From positions 9,238 through 73,237 of the forward strand of contig JBBRZI010000001.1 of NCBI GenBank assembly GCA_038236865.1: a stretch of 64,000 nucleotides of DNA, written 5' to 3'. The DNA is from Candidatus Saccharimonadales bacterium. GTDB taxonomy: Bacteria > Patescibacteriota > Saccharimonadia > Saccharimonadales > UBA4665. Made by a program: the position numbers and the translations under genes. A model generated the notes under the pieces. The model was given only the letters and a program-made list of their open reading frames with translations, searched no databases and was not told where the DNA came from. Of the stretch, positions 9,243-18,772 are shown piece by piece (position 1 is the first letter of the stretch; each line of letters opens with the position of its first letter).

Positions 9243-9968
9243 TTAGAGGTGAGCTAAGCCAGCCAGGCTGAGCCAGCCGTTTATGAGTAGCGCACTTCCC
9301 AGGAACAGGCTGATTCCAATAACGGCCTGATTGGCGTAGAGAGTCAGTAAGCGGTGCACCCTAGCCAACGTGAGCAGCTTTTGTTTGGGCGGAGTCAGCC
9401 AGTAGGCTCCGACAACCGCCAGTTGCAACAGCAAGGCGGCAATAGCATAAGTGGTTACGGCCGTCAGTAATGTCGGCGTGGGTAGATGGAGCTGCCCAAT
9501 ATGAATCATTGCAATCACAAACACGACGTCTATCATTGATTGAACGGTAACAAGGACGGAGCCGAGTATACATAAGTGCCAACGGTTCAACTGTAGTCGG
9601 CGCATGAGGCTATCGGAGGGTTCTGTGGTTAGCCGCCCCAGTTTCATCAGCCAGAGGAGCCGAGCGGCTAGTATGAGTAGTATTATGCCGGCCAGAACCT
9701 CGCTACTAGGGACAAGCCAGATGTGGGCAGTTTCGAAGTGCAGTACCTTTGCGCCAAACCCAACCGCAAAGAGTAGCCCCGCCACTACCAGCGCAACAAA
9801 ACTACCGCTTAAGAACACAAAGCTTCGGCCATACGGGTTCTTCTGGGAGAGCAGTATGGGCATAACGGCGATCCCGATTGGATCGATTGCGAGCAAGCCA
9901 AGAACGGCGAGTGGAGTGAGTAAACCAAGCATGCTAGCAGTATGCCCTAATTGCCGGCTGCGGTACAT
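9243..9968 (-). CDS. Polytopic membrane protein (possibly GAP/Sap-like family)
   Basis: 241-aa hydrophobic ORF with an N-terminal AIDPIGIAV motif. An alternative start is at 9932. The family call is tentative. Confidence 0.45.
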   Translation of the reverse strand: MYRSRQLGHTASMLGLLTPLAVLGLLAIDPIGIAVMPILLSQKNPYGRSFVFLSGSFVALVVAGLLFAVGFGAKVLHFETAHIWLVPSSEVLAGIILLILAARLLWLMKLGRLTTEPSDSLMRRLQLNRWHLCILGSVLVTVQSMIDVVFVIAMIHIGQLHLPTPTLLTAVTTYAIAALLLQLAVVGAYWLTPPKQKLLTLARVHRLLTLYANQAVIGISLFLGSALLINGWLSLAGLAHL

Positions 9969-10036
9969 TGGTGAACTGCTGCGCCCCGCGCGGCGGCTGC
10001 TGCTGGTGGCGTTGGGCGGTCACGACGCTCTAGGAG

Positions 10037-11434
10037 TTACTTCTTCTCGCGCCAGATTAGTTTGTAGGCCTTGAGCTTGTCAGGGATCTGATTTACATAG
10101 GGGATGAATGGAAAAGCGAGCATGGTGAGTAGCAATGAGCCAAAGATGATGCCGGCATCGCGGTCACCGTTGTCGTCACCGGAAAGCACCGTGTGGTTGA
10201 GCACACCGATTGGAACGAGCCACCAGGCTCCCGGCGTGCGCCCGGTTTCTTCGCGGACCATGCCGTACTGGTCGGTCGTGATGTTGAGCGCCGTGGCCTT
10301 TTGCTCAAGGACACCCGTATCAAACAAGAAACGGGTCGTGTAAGTTGATTCGTCAGCGTGTCCACCACCACTGTTGGCGGCGGTCAGCGACGGCTCATAC
10401 AGGCCGGCAGCGGCCATAAGGGTCAGGGACTGGACGACTGACATGATTGGACTAATCGGTGGCTTGCTGGCGCCTGGTGTCTCTTGGTCAAAGTACGCGT
10501 TGGCTGATTTTAGCTGCTCAGCTTGAACGGCGGGTGTCTGTTGGTCAAAAAGCCGTAAATCGTCTTTCGACTTTACCTGAGTGGCGTGGTACTGCGCGTA
10601 CGGAGCTGTAATGTAGACCGCGCGGGTATTGTACGTATAGGGATCGATATTGTCTAGATACACTGCGGTTTCTGAGGTGCTACCGTATTCCGCCATCAGG
10701 GTCTTGCCCATCAGAAATGAGTCTTGTTGGGCGATCGATTGGATAGTTGTCGGCTTAATGTAGGGTGAAGGCAGCACCACTGCGAGAGCCAGGATTAAGG
10801 CTATCAGCCCGCCGCCGCGTATGAACAGTTTAGTGTGGTTGGCGGGGACCGTCTTGACGGTTACGTCGCTGCGGTAGGGCCGGGCTATGCCAAGTACCCG
10901 GACGAGTAGATAGTGCAAACCCAATAAGCCGAGCAGTACGAGCGGGACCACGACGATGTGGATACCATAGATCTGTTTGTAGTTGAGTGGGTTCAGTAAC
11001 CCCCCGAGGCCACTGCCGTTATAGAAGTCAGCGCCTTGGAGTGACCGCCATTGCGATGAAAAATCACCACGCAGCGCGTAGCCAAATTCGGTCTCGGCTA
11101 GGACGACAAACAGCATCAGTACCCCGAGTAGCCAAGTCAGTCGGCGCGGTTTTTTAAATCCAGAGGTAAAGAACACGACCAGTAAGTGCAGAATAATAAA
11201 CAATACGAATGCTTGCGTAGCCCACAAGTGCACGCTACGCACGTAGCCACCAAGGCCGCTCGTCAGCCACCAGGTCGGTCCGTAGAACGTCATAATAAGG
11301 CCAGTGATAAGCAGTACGACAAACGAGATCATCGACAAAAATCCGAGCGAATAGAAAAACTTATTTCCGTAGCTCGGTACGTCCTGAATCATGCTACTTT
11401 TAAGGGCTTTGACAAGAGGGTGCGAAACGGCCAT
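10037..11434 (-). CDS. Cytochrome b N-terminal-domain-like membrane protein with large extracytoplasmic C-terminal region
   Basis: 465 aa. Helix B has HLWATQAFVLFIILH (H-x13-H) and helix D has HIVVVPLVLLGLLGLH (H-x14-H). This is the b6/Firmicute-type bis-heme spacing. Confidence 0.7.
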   Translation of the reverse strand: MAVSHPLVKALKSSMIQDVPSYGNKFFYSLGFLSMISFVVLLITGLIMTFYGPTWWLTSGLGGYVRSVHLWATQAFVLFIILHLLVVFFTSGFKKPRRLTWLLGVLMLFVVLAETEFGYALRGDFSSQWRSLQGADFYNGSGLGGLLNPLNYKQIYGIHIVVVPLVLLGLLGLHYLLVRVLGIARPYRSDVTVKTVPANHTKLFIRGGGLIALILALAVVLPSPYIKPTTIQSIAQQDSFLMGKTLMAEYGSTSETAVYLDNIDPYTYNTRAVYITAPYAQYHATQVKSKDDLRLFDQQTPAVQAEQLKSANAYFDQETPGASKPPISPIMSVVQSLTLMAAAGLYEPSLTAANSGGGHADESTYTTRFLFDTGVLEQKATALNITTDQYGMVREETGRTPGAWWLVPIGVLNHTVLSGDDNGDRDAGIIFGSLLLTMLAFPFIPYVNQIPDKLKAYKLIWREKK

Positions 11435-11529
11435 GATGGTGTCCTAGCTGTATTGAATTAATTTGTTAATTTCACGCTTATGCTTTTTATAGCTATTAGT
11501 ATAGCCTCCAGTCAAGGAGTTGACAATAC

Positions 11530-11545
11530 TGTGATCTCGATCACA
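11530..11545. promoter_or_regulatory. Perfect CRP-type palindrome TGTGATCTCGATCACA in the divergent cyt-b-like / ackA-xfp intergenic region
   Basis: Exact TGTGA-N6-TCACA with 7-bp arms. It starts 4 nt after a TTGACA hexamer (11520-11525). Confidence 0.6.
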
Positions 11546-11652
11546 CATATCTCGTAACAATCAGGCAGGCGATGAGTCGGCTGAGGCTGCTCGGGGCGAC
11601 TGCGTGACTGGCTGTGTCGGGGGCGGCTATACACTCATCGTGAGGTCGACTG

Positions 11653-11668
11653 TGTGATCGAAATCAAT
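11653..11668. promoter_or_regulatory. Second, imperfect CRP-like box (TGTGA-N6-TCAAT)
   Basis: tgtgatcgaaatcaat, 48-78 nt upstream of the candidate ackA starts. Confidence 0.3.
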
Positions 11669-11745
11669 GATAGCGTGCCTACTTAAAGCGACAAAGTGCC
11701 CCATTACTTATTCATTTGCACCCCAAAATAAGCTATACTTCGCTT

Positions 11746-12978
11746 ATGCTTGGGCTATTCCGCCGATATAAACATGCACCTGAATATGTATTGGCGGTTA
11801 ACGCCGGCTCTTCGAGCATTAAAGCGGTGGTCTACGAGGTCGGCGCGCAACTGGAGGTTGTTTGCCAGAGCACGATTGAGAATATCGGTCAGGCGGGCGC
11901 GCTATTCGACACCCAAACTGGTTCTAACCACGACGGCACTTCCCTACCGGTTGATATCAGGACGCACACGGCGGCAATTGTCATGATCATGGGCTGGATC
12001 GATCAACAGATTAACACTGCTAATTTGCTGGCAATTGGACACCGTATCGTCCATGGCGGCCCGCAATATTACCAGCCACAGGTCATCACCGATCACCTGC
12101 TCGGGGACTTGCAGGCGTTTAGTAGCTATGACCCCGACCACTTGCCAGCTTCAATTCAACTGATCAAAAAGCTAACTAGCCTGTTTCCGAACTTACCGCA
12201 AGTGGCTTGTTTTGATACAGCGTTTTCGCATAATCTGCCCAGGGTTGCCCAGATTTTGCCGATTCCCCGCAAATATGAGCGGGAGGGCCTACGCCGTTAT
12301 GGTTTTCATGGCTTATCCTATACGTATTTATTATCGAAGCTACGCGAATTGGATGCCGAAGCCGCCAATGGCCGAGTTATCTTTGCCCATTTAGGCAGTG
12401 GCGCCAGCCTCACGGCGATTCAGAATGGCCAACCACTGGACGTTACGATGGGGTTGACGCCCGCTTCCGGTATACCGATGAGCACGCGCTCCGGTGACCT
12501 CGACCCGGGCATCGCCTGGTACTTACACCACAAAGCTGGCGTCAGTACCATTCAGTTCAACAATATGGTCAATCACCAGTCCGGTTTGTTGGGTGTTTCC
12601 GAGACTTCTGCCGACATGAAAACGCTTTTGCAAAACGAAAGTAGCGACGAACGCGCCGCTGAAGCCGTGGATCTATTCTGCTATCAAGCTAAAAAAGCGA
12701 TCGGCTCGATGGCAGCAGTGTTGGGCGGCGTCGAGACGCTGGTGTTTTCGGGTGGTATTGGCGAAAAGGCGCCGCTGATACGCGCCCGCATCTGTGCCGG
12801 TTTGGAGTTTCTGGGCCTTGAACTTGATGAGGCCAGGAATAACAGCAATGAAGCAGAGATTTCGGTGCATGATAGCCGGGTACGCGTCCGGGTGATTCAC
12901 ACGGACGAGGAAAGCGTTATTGCTCAGCAGATAGTTGGAGTCATTACTAATAGTTCACTAAATAAAAGAGGTTCATAA
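11746..12978 (+). CDS. ackA: Acetate kinase
   Basis: Contains [30 protein letters not shown]-like [10 protein letters not shown] and FHGLSY. ATG at 11746 is preferred over TTG at 11716. The stop overlaps the xfp start (TAATG). Confidence 0.9.
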   Translation: MLGLFRRYKHAPEYVLAVNAGSSSIKAVVYEVGAQLEVVCQSTIENIGQAGALFDTQTGSNHDGTSLPVDIRTHTAAIVMIMGWIDQQINTANLLAIGHRIVHGGPQYYQPQVITDHLLGDLQAFSSYDPDHLPASIQLIKKLTSLFPNLPQVACFDTAFSHNLPRVAQILPIPRKYEREGLRRYGFHGLSYTYLLSKLRELDAEAANGRVIFAHLGSGASLTAIQNGQPLDVTMGLTPASGIPMSTRSGDLDPGIAWYLHHKAGVSTIQFNNMVNHQSGLLGVSETSADMKTLLQNESSDERAAEAVDLFCYQAKKAIGSMAAVLGGVETLVFSGGIGEKAPLIRARICAGLEFLGLELDEARNNSNEAEISVHDSRVRVRVIHTDEESVIAQQIVGVITNSSLNKRGS

Positions 12979-15347
12979 TGGGTTTGACACAGGCACCCCT
13001 GTCAATAGAAATGCTAAGCAAAATTAATGCCTACTGGCGGGCGGCTAATTATTTATCGGTCGGTCAGATTTACCTGCGCGATAACCCATTGCTGCGGCGG
13101 CCACTGCAATACGCTGATGTGAAGCAATTACTGCTCGGGCATTGGGGGACGACTCCGGGCCAGAACTTTATTTATGTGCACTTGAACCGAGTTATCAAAA
13201 ATACTGGCTCGAGCATGATCTATATTTCCGGCCCAGGCCACGGCGGGCCGGCCATCGTCGGTAACGTCTATTTGGAAGGCACGTTCAGCGAGTTTTATCC
13301 GGAAGTTACGCAGGACGAAGCCGGGCTCAAAGAACTCTTCCGTAGCTTTTCATTCCCTGGCGGGTTGTCTAGCCACGTTTCGCCGCAGGTGCCTGGGTCG
13401 ATTCACGAAGGTGGAGAATTGGGTTATTCCTTGAGTCACGCCTTCGGCGCGGTCTTTGATAACCCGGGGTTGATTGCAGCCTGTGTAGTTGGTGATGGTG
13501 AAGCCGAAACGGGGCCGCTCGCCACCGCTTGGCACTCCAATAAATTCCTCAATCCCGCCACCGACGGTGTGGTGCTGCCGATCCTCCACCTCAATGGTTA
13601 CAAAATATCCAACCCGACAGTGTTGGCTCGGATTGAGCGCGAAGAGCTCGAACAATTATTCCGCGGCTATGGTTGGACACCTTATTTTGTGGAGGGTGAT
13701 GATCCGGAGACGATGCACCAGCTGATGGCGGCAACGCTCGACACGGTGATGGAAAAAATTAAAAGTATCCAGGCCAATGCCCGCGAAAATAACGACATGA
13801 CCCGTCCGCGCTGGCCGATGATCATCCTGCAATCACCCAAAGGCTGGACCGGACCGAAAGTACTCGATGGTCAGGTTATCGAGGGTAACTTCCGGTCGCA
13901 CCAGGTGCCGATCACGATTGACGCCGATCACCAGTCGAACGTTACCCTACTCGAAGATTGGATGAAAAGCTATAAACCGGAAGAGCTGTTTGATGCTGAG
14001 GGCCGCTTGATGCCCGAACTGGCCGAGCTAGCGCCCCACGGCGGTCTGCGCATGGGTGCGAATGACCACGCGAACGGTGGTAACCTGTTACGTGAACTCA
14101 ACCTGCCGGACTTCCGAGATTACGCAATTGATTTGCCCGTCCACGGCGTCGGTGGCGTCGGAAATGTACACGCAATTGGCCCGTACCTGCGTGACGTCAT
14201 TAATCTAAATAAAATGCATCATAACTTCAGAATTTTTGGTCCGGATGAAACGCTTTCAAACCGGCTCGACGCCGTATTCGAAGCTACTGACCGCCAATGG
14301 TTAGCCCGCACTAAAGAGCACGATCAATTCTTGGCACCAAGTGGCGCCGTGCTTGACTCGATGCTGAGCGAACACCAGTCAGAAGGTTGGCTGGAAGGTT
14401 ATTTGTTGACCGGCCGACACGGTATTCTTAACAGCTACGAGGCCTTTATCCGCATCGTTGACTCGATGGTCAACCAGCACGCTAAATGGCTCAAAATGTC
14501 GTCAGAGCTACCGTGGCGTAAAGATATTGCCTCGCTGAACTACCTGCTGACTTCTCACGTTTGGCGCCAAGATCATAACGGTTTTACCCACCAGGATCCG
14601 GGGTTTATTGACCACTTACTCAATAAAAAATCGGCGATGATCCGGGTGTACTTGCCGCCGGACGCGAACTGTCTGCTGTCGGTTACCGCCCACTGTTTGC
14701 GCAGCCGTAACTACATTAACCTGACTATTTGCGGGAAGCACGACGCCCCCCAGTGGCTCAACATGGAAGATGCCGTCGAGCACTGCAGCACCGGTATTGG
14801 GGTGTGGAACTGGGCCAGTAACGATCAAGGTGGTGAGCCCGACGTCGTGATGGCATGTGCCGGCGACGTCCCGACCATCGAAACCCTGGCCGCCGTGTCG
14901 ATCCTGCGCGAACATTTGCCTGATTTAAAAATACGCGTCATCAACGTCGTCGATCTCATGAAGCTCGAACCCGACACCGAGCACCCGCACGGTTTGAGCG
15001 ATATGGACTTTAATGAGATGTTCACGACGGACAAACACATTGTCTTTGCCTTTCATGGCTACCCGTGGTTGATCCACCGACTGACCTACCGCCGCACCAA
15101 CCGAAATTTGCACGTCAGAGGCTATAAAGAAGAGGGCACAATTACGACGGCTTTCGACATGACCGTCTTAAACGAAATGGATCGGTTCCATTTAGTCATG
15201 GACGTGATTGACCGCACGCCTGGAACGAGCGAAGCCGGCGCCAACCTGAAAGAACTGATGGAGAAAAAGCTAATCGAGCACTCGAACTACATTGCGGTTC
15301 ATGGTGTCGACATGCCCGAAGTCCGCGACTGGACGTGGGCAAAGTAA
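12978..15347 (+). CDS. xfp: Xylulose-5-phosphate/fructose-6-phosphate phosphoketolase
   Basis: 789 aa with characteristic [37 protein letters not shown] and [15 protein letters not shown] motifs. Confidence 0.95.
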   Translation: MGLTQAPLSIEMLSKINAYWRAANYLSVGQIYLRDNPLLRRPLQYADVKQLLLGHWGTTPGQNFIYVHLNRVIKNTGSSMIYISGPGHGGPAIVGNVYLEGTFSEFYPEVTQDEAGLKELFRSFSFPGGLSSHVSPQVPGSIHEGGELGYSLSHAFGAVFDNPGLIAACVVGDGEAETGPLATAWHSNKFLNPATDGVVLPILHLNGYKISNPTVLARIEREELEQLFRGYGWTPYFVEGDDPETMHQLMAATLDTVMEKIKSIQANARENNDMTRPRWPMIILQSPKGWTGPKVLDGQVIEGNFRSHQVPITIDADHQSNVTLLEDWMKSYKPEELFDAEGRLMPELAELAPHGGLRMGANDHANGGNLLRELNLPDFRDYAIDLPVHGVGGVGNVHAIGPYLRDVINLNKMHHNFRIFGPDETLSNRLDAVFEATDRQWLARTKEHDQFLAPSGAVLDSMLSEHQSEGWLEGYLLTGRHGILNSYEAFIRIVDSMVNQHAKWLKMSSELPWRKDIASLNYLLTSHVWRQDHNGFTHQDPGFIDHLLNKKSAMIRVYLPPDANCLLSVTAHCLRSRNYINLTICGKHDAPQWLNMEDAVEHCSTGIGVWNWASNDQGGEPDVVMACAGDVPTIETLAAVSILREHLPDLKIRVINVVDLMKLEPDTEHPHGLSDMDFNEMFTTDKHIVFAFHGYPWLIHRLTYRRTNRNLHVRGYKEEGTITTAFDMTVLNEMDRFHLVMDVIDRTPGTSEAGANLKELMEKKLIEHSNYIAVHGVDMPEVRDWTWAK

Positions 15348-15383
15348 GTCACCAGCCTGACGTCGAGCCACGAAGTTTAAGTC

Positions 15384-15404
15384 AACGGCGAACGGCGAAC
15401 GGCG
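15384..15404. repeat. 3 x 7-bp tandem repeat (AACGGCG)
   Basis: aacggcgaacggcgaacggcg, read directly. It lies in the convergent intergenic region. Confidence 0.8.
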
Positions 15405-15533
15405 AGTTTTCAGATCAGCGTAACTGACAATCTTGGCATCCTGGTCTTCGTCGCTGATATTATGTGGGTCCTGAGCTAACAGCTTACAACTATCTAACCG
15501 CCCGAATCGTCCACACTAAGCAACCGCAGTCAC

Positions 15534-16091
15534 TTAGTCGTCGCGCTCACTGTTCGGTGAAGTTACTGGCGGCAGGGTTTGCTGCGTGACTGGCGGAGTG
15601 CCAGCAACGACGTTGAAGTCGATGTATGGCAAACCGTTATAGTTGTCGATGACGGCGACCAGTCGATAGGTGCCCGGAGAATCAAACAGTTTTGGCCATG
15701 ATGCAAAACTGCCAGTCACGCTACTGTTGGCGGGTGTCTCTATTTGGCGCTGCTCGTTCTGGCAACGCTGGGCATCGGTAGTATCAGTCACGCGCTGCCA
15801 CTTGTGGTTCACAAACTTATAGACATCCAGCGGTTCAGTCGGGCACTCATTGGTGGCGTAGATGGAAGTATTGAGATTGTTCTGGACGGTAAAAACGACC
15901 GGTTCGCCGACAATATATTGGGACTGAGAAACGCTGACGTTAATCGTGCCAACGGGTAGCGTGTGGGTTCGGAATTGATCACCAACCCAGTAAAGCAGCC
16001 CGACCATTAGTCCAAACAGGACTAGGTAGCCCATCGCCCATATCGCCCGGCGGCGCCAACGGTGTCGCCAGTAATGGAGTTCGCTATTCAT
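15534..16091 (-). CDS. Cassette A gene 4: N-terminally anchored extracellular beta-rich (Ig-like) two-Cys protein
   Basis: Start set at the ATG at 16091, which forms an ATGA overlap with the upstream stop. It has one TM (AIWAMGYLVLFGLMVGLLYWV). It is a paralog of the N-terminal half of 27062..28003 (YIVGEPVVFTV / YLVGEPVSLTI; GTYRLVAV / GSYRIALH; LPYIDFNV / LPYVDFEV). Confidence 0.6.
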   Translation of the reverse strand: MNSELHYWRHRWRRRAIWAMGYLVLFGLMVGLLYWVGDQFRTHTLPVGTINVSVSQSQYIVGEPVVFTVQNNLNTSIYATNECPTEPLDVYKFVNHKWQRVTDTTDAQRCQNEQRQIETPANSSVTGSFASWPKLFDSPGTYRLVAVIDNYNGLPYIDFNVVAGTPPVTQQTLPPVTSPNSERDD

Positions 16092-16831
16092 ATCGTTTTG
16101 GCTCTCCATAGTCGATAGACGCCAGCCCCGGCAATGCCGATCGCTACGAGCATCCAGAGCAGGCGGAATGGACCGTCGGCTAAGTCGGTGCCCAAGTAAA
16201 GCGCGTGGACAAAGACGAACAGCATGATGATGTAGGACAGCAGGTGGATGAGTTTCCAAAGATAAGGCTTTTTCTCGACCCACAGCAGCGACGTGATGAT
16301 GACGATTGTGACGAGGTAAAAAGCCAGGACTCCGAGCGCCACGTAAAACGAACCGAGCTGTACGTTCCCGATGACCAAGGGTTTATAAGGTGATAGCCAG
16401 GGCACTAAAAGCTGCCAAATCGTAAACGGCACAAAATGATCAAACAGTAAGCTTACTAAATGGGCAACGACCGCCAGCCCGAAGGCGATACCGAGCGCCC
16501 GGTGCGTCGCCCAAGCCGTGATGGGGTCAAGGAATCTAAAGCTGTAGCCAGTCACCTGGCCAATGCCCGATAAGAGCAGTATAACGAGCGCGGCGGCGGC
16601 AACCAGACCCGAACCGCGGGCGACGTACCACGGCCACGAAGTCTTGGCCCGCTCCGTTAAGCGCTGGGCGACACTGGTGCCGGCGAGTGGTTGGGCTGTC
16701 GCCGCCTTTGAACTGCCCGACTCAGCCGCGGCTGAACCGACGCTGGCGACTGTGGCTAGGCTCGCGAAGATGGCGACCGCGCAGAGGCCATACACCGCCG
16801 CTTTAATTAGTTGTTTGAATGCCATTGCCAT
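16088..16831 (-). CDS. Cassette A gene 3: ferric-reductase/NOX-type (FRD, MsrQ-like) 6-TM heme-binding subunit
   Basis: Has HRALGIAFGLAVVAH (H-x13-H) and HLLSYIIMLFVFVH (H-x12-H). The N-terminus looks like a signal peptide or anchor. Confidence 0.75.
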   Translation of the reverse strand: MAMAFKQLIKAAVYGLCAVAIFASLATVASVGSAAAESGSSKAATAQPLAGTSVAQRLTERAKTSWPWYVARGSGLVAAAALVILLLSGIGQVTGYSFRFLDPITAWATHRALGIAFGLAVVAHLVSLLFDHFVPFTIWQLLVPWLSPYKPLVIGNVQLGSFYVALGVLAFYLVTIVIITSLLWVEKKPYLWKLIHLLSYIIMLFVFVHALYLGTDLADGPFRLLWMLVAIGIAGAGVYRLWRAKTI

Positions 16832-17747
16832 ACACTTTCGTTAGTATCTTACCATGCATCTCATACTGTAGTAGGAGCGCTAAGGCCCCTAACGGCTGAA
16901 TTGAGTTCCAGGCGGTCTTCAGGCCGAGCACGATCGAAACTTTTGCCAACACATCGGCTGTCATGGCAGTGGTACCATACACCGTCGCCAAACGGACGTT
17001 GCTGACGGCTGGGAGATTGGTACGGGGGTCAATGATATGATGCCAGTCAACGCCGTTATGTTGGCCGCGATGGTTCAGCACACTTGAGCTGGCCAGTCCA
17101 AAGCTTGATCCACCGGCAGCAAGTGAGTACGGACTATCGTGTTCGAGGTTAGCCGCGTCCTGGATAGCGACGTGCCACGGCTGGGACAGTTCGTTATAGC
17201 CGGCCGCCACGATGTCGCCGCCGAGCGATAGCCAATAGCCGCCGAGCGTAGCGGGTAGCGTCTGAGCCAGCTTGTCGGCCAAGTAGCCCTTACCAATGCC
17301 GCCCATATCTAAAGCCGTGCCATAGGGTATCTCTGCCCAGTCGTCGCCAATCGTCAAATTGTCTGCTGCTACCACCGTCTTTGCGCTGTGATCATCGAGC
17401 GGGTCATGTTCGTAACCAGGCACGTGCGAATGGCGGTAGCCGGCTGCTTGGAGGGCCGGTAGTATAAACGGGTTATATAGATTACCGGTTTGCAGGCTTA
17501 ACGTGCGCGCCGCCACCAGTAAATCATGAAACTCCGCTGTTACGGGCGTCCGAATGCCGGCTGCATTGTTGAATTTGGATAGTTCGCTGGCCGGTAGAAA
17601 ACGGCTAAACTGACGTTCGAAATTGAACGTCAGTTGCCAGAGTTTTTGAAAGATTTCAGTTGTGGTAGGGCTGGTTGCATCGCTGACGAGCACAAATGTT
17701 GTTTGGCTGCCGAGCGCTATAGCCGTTTGGCTGGAGCTTTTTAACAT
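16803..17747 (-). CDS. apbE: Cassette A gene 2: FAD:protein FMN transferase (ApbE family)
   Basis: Contains FERQFSRFLPASELSKFN, GTALDMGGIGKGYLADK and HHIIDPRT motifs. No N-terminal hydrophobic signal or lipobox. Confidence 0.85.
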   Translation of the reverse strand: MLKSSSQTAIALGSQTTFVLVSDATSPTTTEIFQKLWQLTFNFERQFSRFLPASELSKFNNAAGIRTPVTAEFHDLLVAARTLSLQTGNLYNPFILPALQAAGYRHSHVPGYEHDPLDDHSAKTVVAADNLTIGDDWAEIPYGTALDMGGIGKGYLADKLAQTLPATLGGYWLSLGGDIVAAGYNELSQPWHVAIQDAANLEHDSPYSLAAGGSSFGLASSSVLNHRGQHNGVDWHHIIDPRTNLPAVSNVRLATVYGTTAMTADVLAKVSIVLGLKTAWNSIQPLGALALLLQYEMHGKILTKVYGNGIQTTN

Positions 17748-18772
17748 GGTGCGGAACCGCAGGTCCGAGGTGTCGGCGTGGTAACTGGTGTGATAGGCGT
17801 GGCCGGCGCCGTCGCTGGCGCGGCAGACGTATTGGGCGGTAAACCATTAACCAGGCTATCGAGGTTAGCTTGACGGGTGCTATTTACCTGAGCGGCGGCG
17901 GCAGCTTGCGCTGAATTGGCTTTTAGAATCGGTGGTAGGGTTTTGAACAAGTCGCTGAGCATGATGATAAAGCTGCCTAGAACCACCCCAACTGCCGCCA
18001 AGGCGTACATGTTAAACGGCCAATCGCGTAGTTCGCCAGTTTGGCGGTTAGGCCCCTGGCTAAAGGCTTCCGTGACGATTTGTTGTTTGTCGACGCCACG
18101 ATGTGCCAGCAGTGCCCTCATCCCTTTCATAAACCCGGCCGGGCCACAAATAAAAAAGGTGTGTTCCGTAAAAGCCCCCTCAGTTACAGACTGCAATAGT
18201 TCCGGACTGATTCGGCCCGTGAACACCCTTGCCTGGTTTAAGCGGTTAATCGGGCCACTGCTGACCGTGAAGATCACTTGAAAGTTGGGATTAGCTTGCT
18301 CGAGTTTGAGTAGTTCAACAGCAAAGGGCATATCGAGTTGGTTCGGGCAACTATAGACCAGGGTAATGCGTGTCTCTGACCGGGTATACGCGGCGTGCCT
18401 GATCATGCTCATAAAGGGGGTAATACCGATTCCGCCAGCCAGCAGTACAATTTGCGGTTGGTGGGTAGGTTCAATCACGAAGCCACCGAAAGGCCCGCGT
18501 ACCGATACGCCGTCGCCTGGCTTAAGCCCAACGATGGCCCGCGTGAAACGGCCGCCGATGTGCATACTAAACTGCAGCGTACCGGTTTCCTCGGGTGCAG
18601 TCACAATCGAAAAGCAGCGGGCCGGCGTTGGGCGGTATTTTCGCCTAAAGCTGAGTGCAGCGTACTGGCCGGCCTCGTGCTGAAAACTGTCTGAGGGGGT
18701 CTTGGCTTGCAGCGTGAGCAACTGTGTCGTTGGCGTCAGTTTCTCGTTGGTCAGAACAGTATAGCGGCGCAT
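17741..18772 (-). CDS. Cassette A gene 1: FNR-type FAD/NAD(P)H oxidoreductase with C-terminal TM helix and Pro/Thr-rich tail
   Basis: Contains RCFS (RxYS), GPFGGF, LLAGGIGITPFMSM and FFICGPAGFM. These are followed by a TM helix (YALAAVGVVLGSFIIMLSDLF) and the tail ...PATAPATPITPVTTPTPRTCGSAPC. Confidence 0.8.
   Translation of the reverse strand: MRRYTVLTNEKLTPTTQLLTLQAKTPSDSFQHEAGQYAALSFRRKYRPTPARCFSIVTAPEETGTLQFSMHIGGRFTRAIVGLKPGDGVSVRGPFGGFVIEPTHQPQIVLLAGGIGITPFMSMIRHAAYTRSETRITLVYSCPNQLDMPFAVELLKLEQANPNFQVIFTVSSGPINRLNQARVFTGRISPELLQSVTEGAFTEHTFFICGPAGFMKGMRALLAHRGVDKQQIVTEAFSQGPNRQTGELRDWPFNMYALAAVGVVLGSFIIMLSDLFKTLPPILKANSAQAAAAAQVNSTRQANLDSLVNGLPPNTSAAPATAPATPITPVTTPTPRTCGSAPC

Noticed and set aside
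15384-15404. 3 x AACGGCG heptamer repeat as a regulatory element
   Set aside because: It is a short simple repeat in a convergent 3' intergenic region, with no partner motif or structure.
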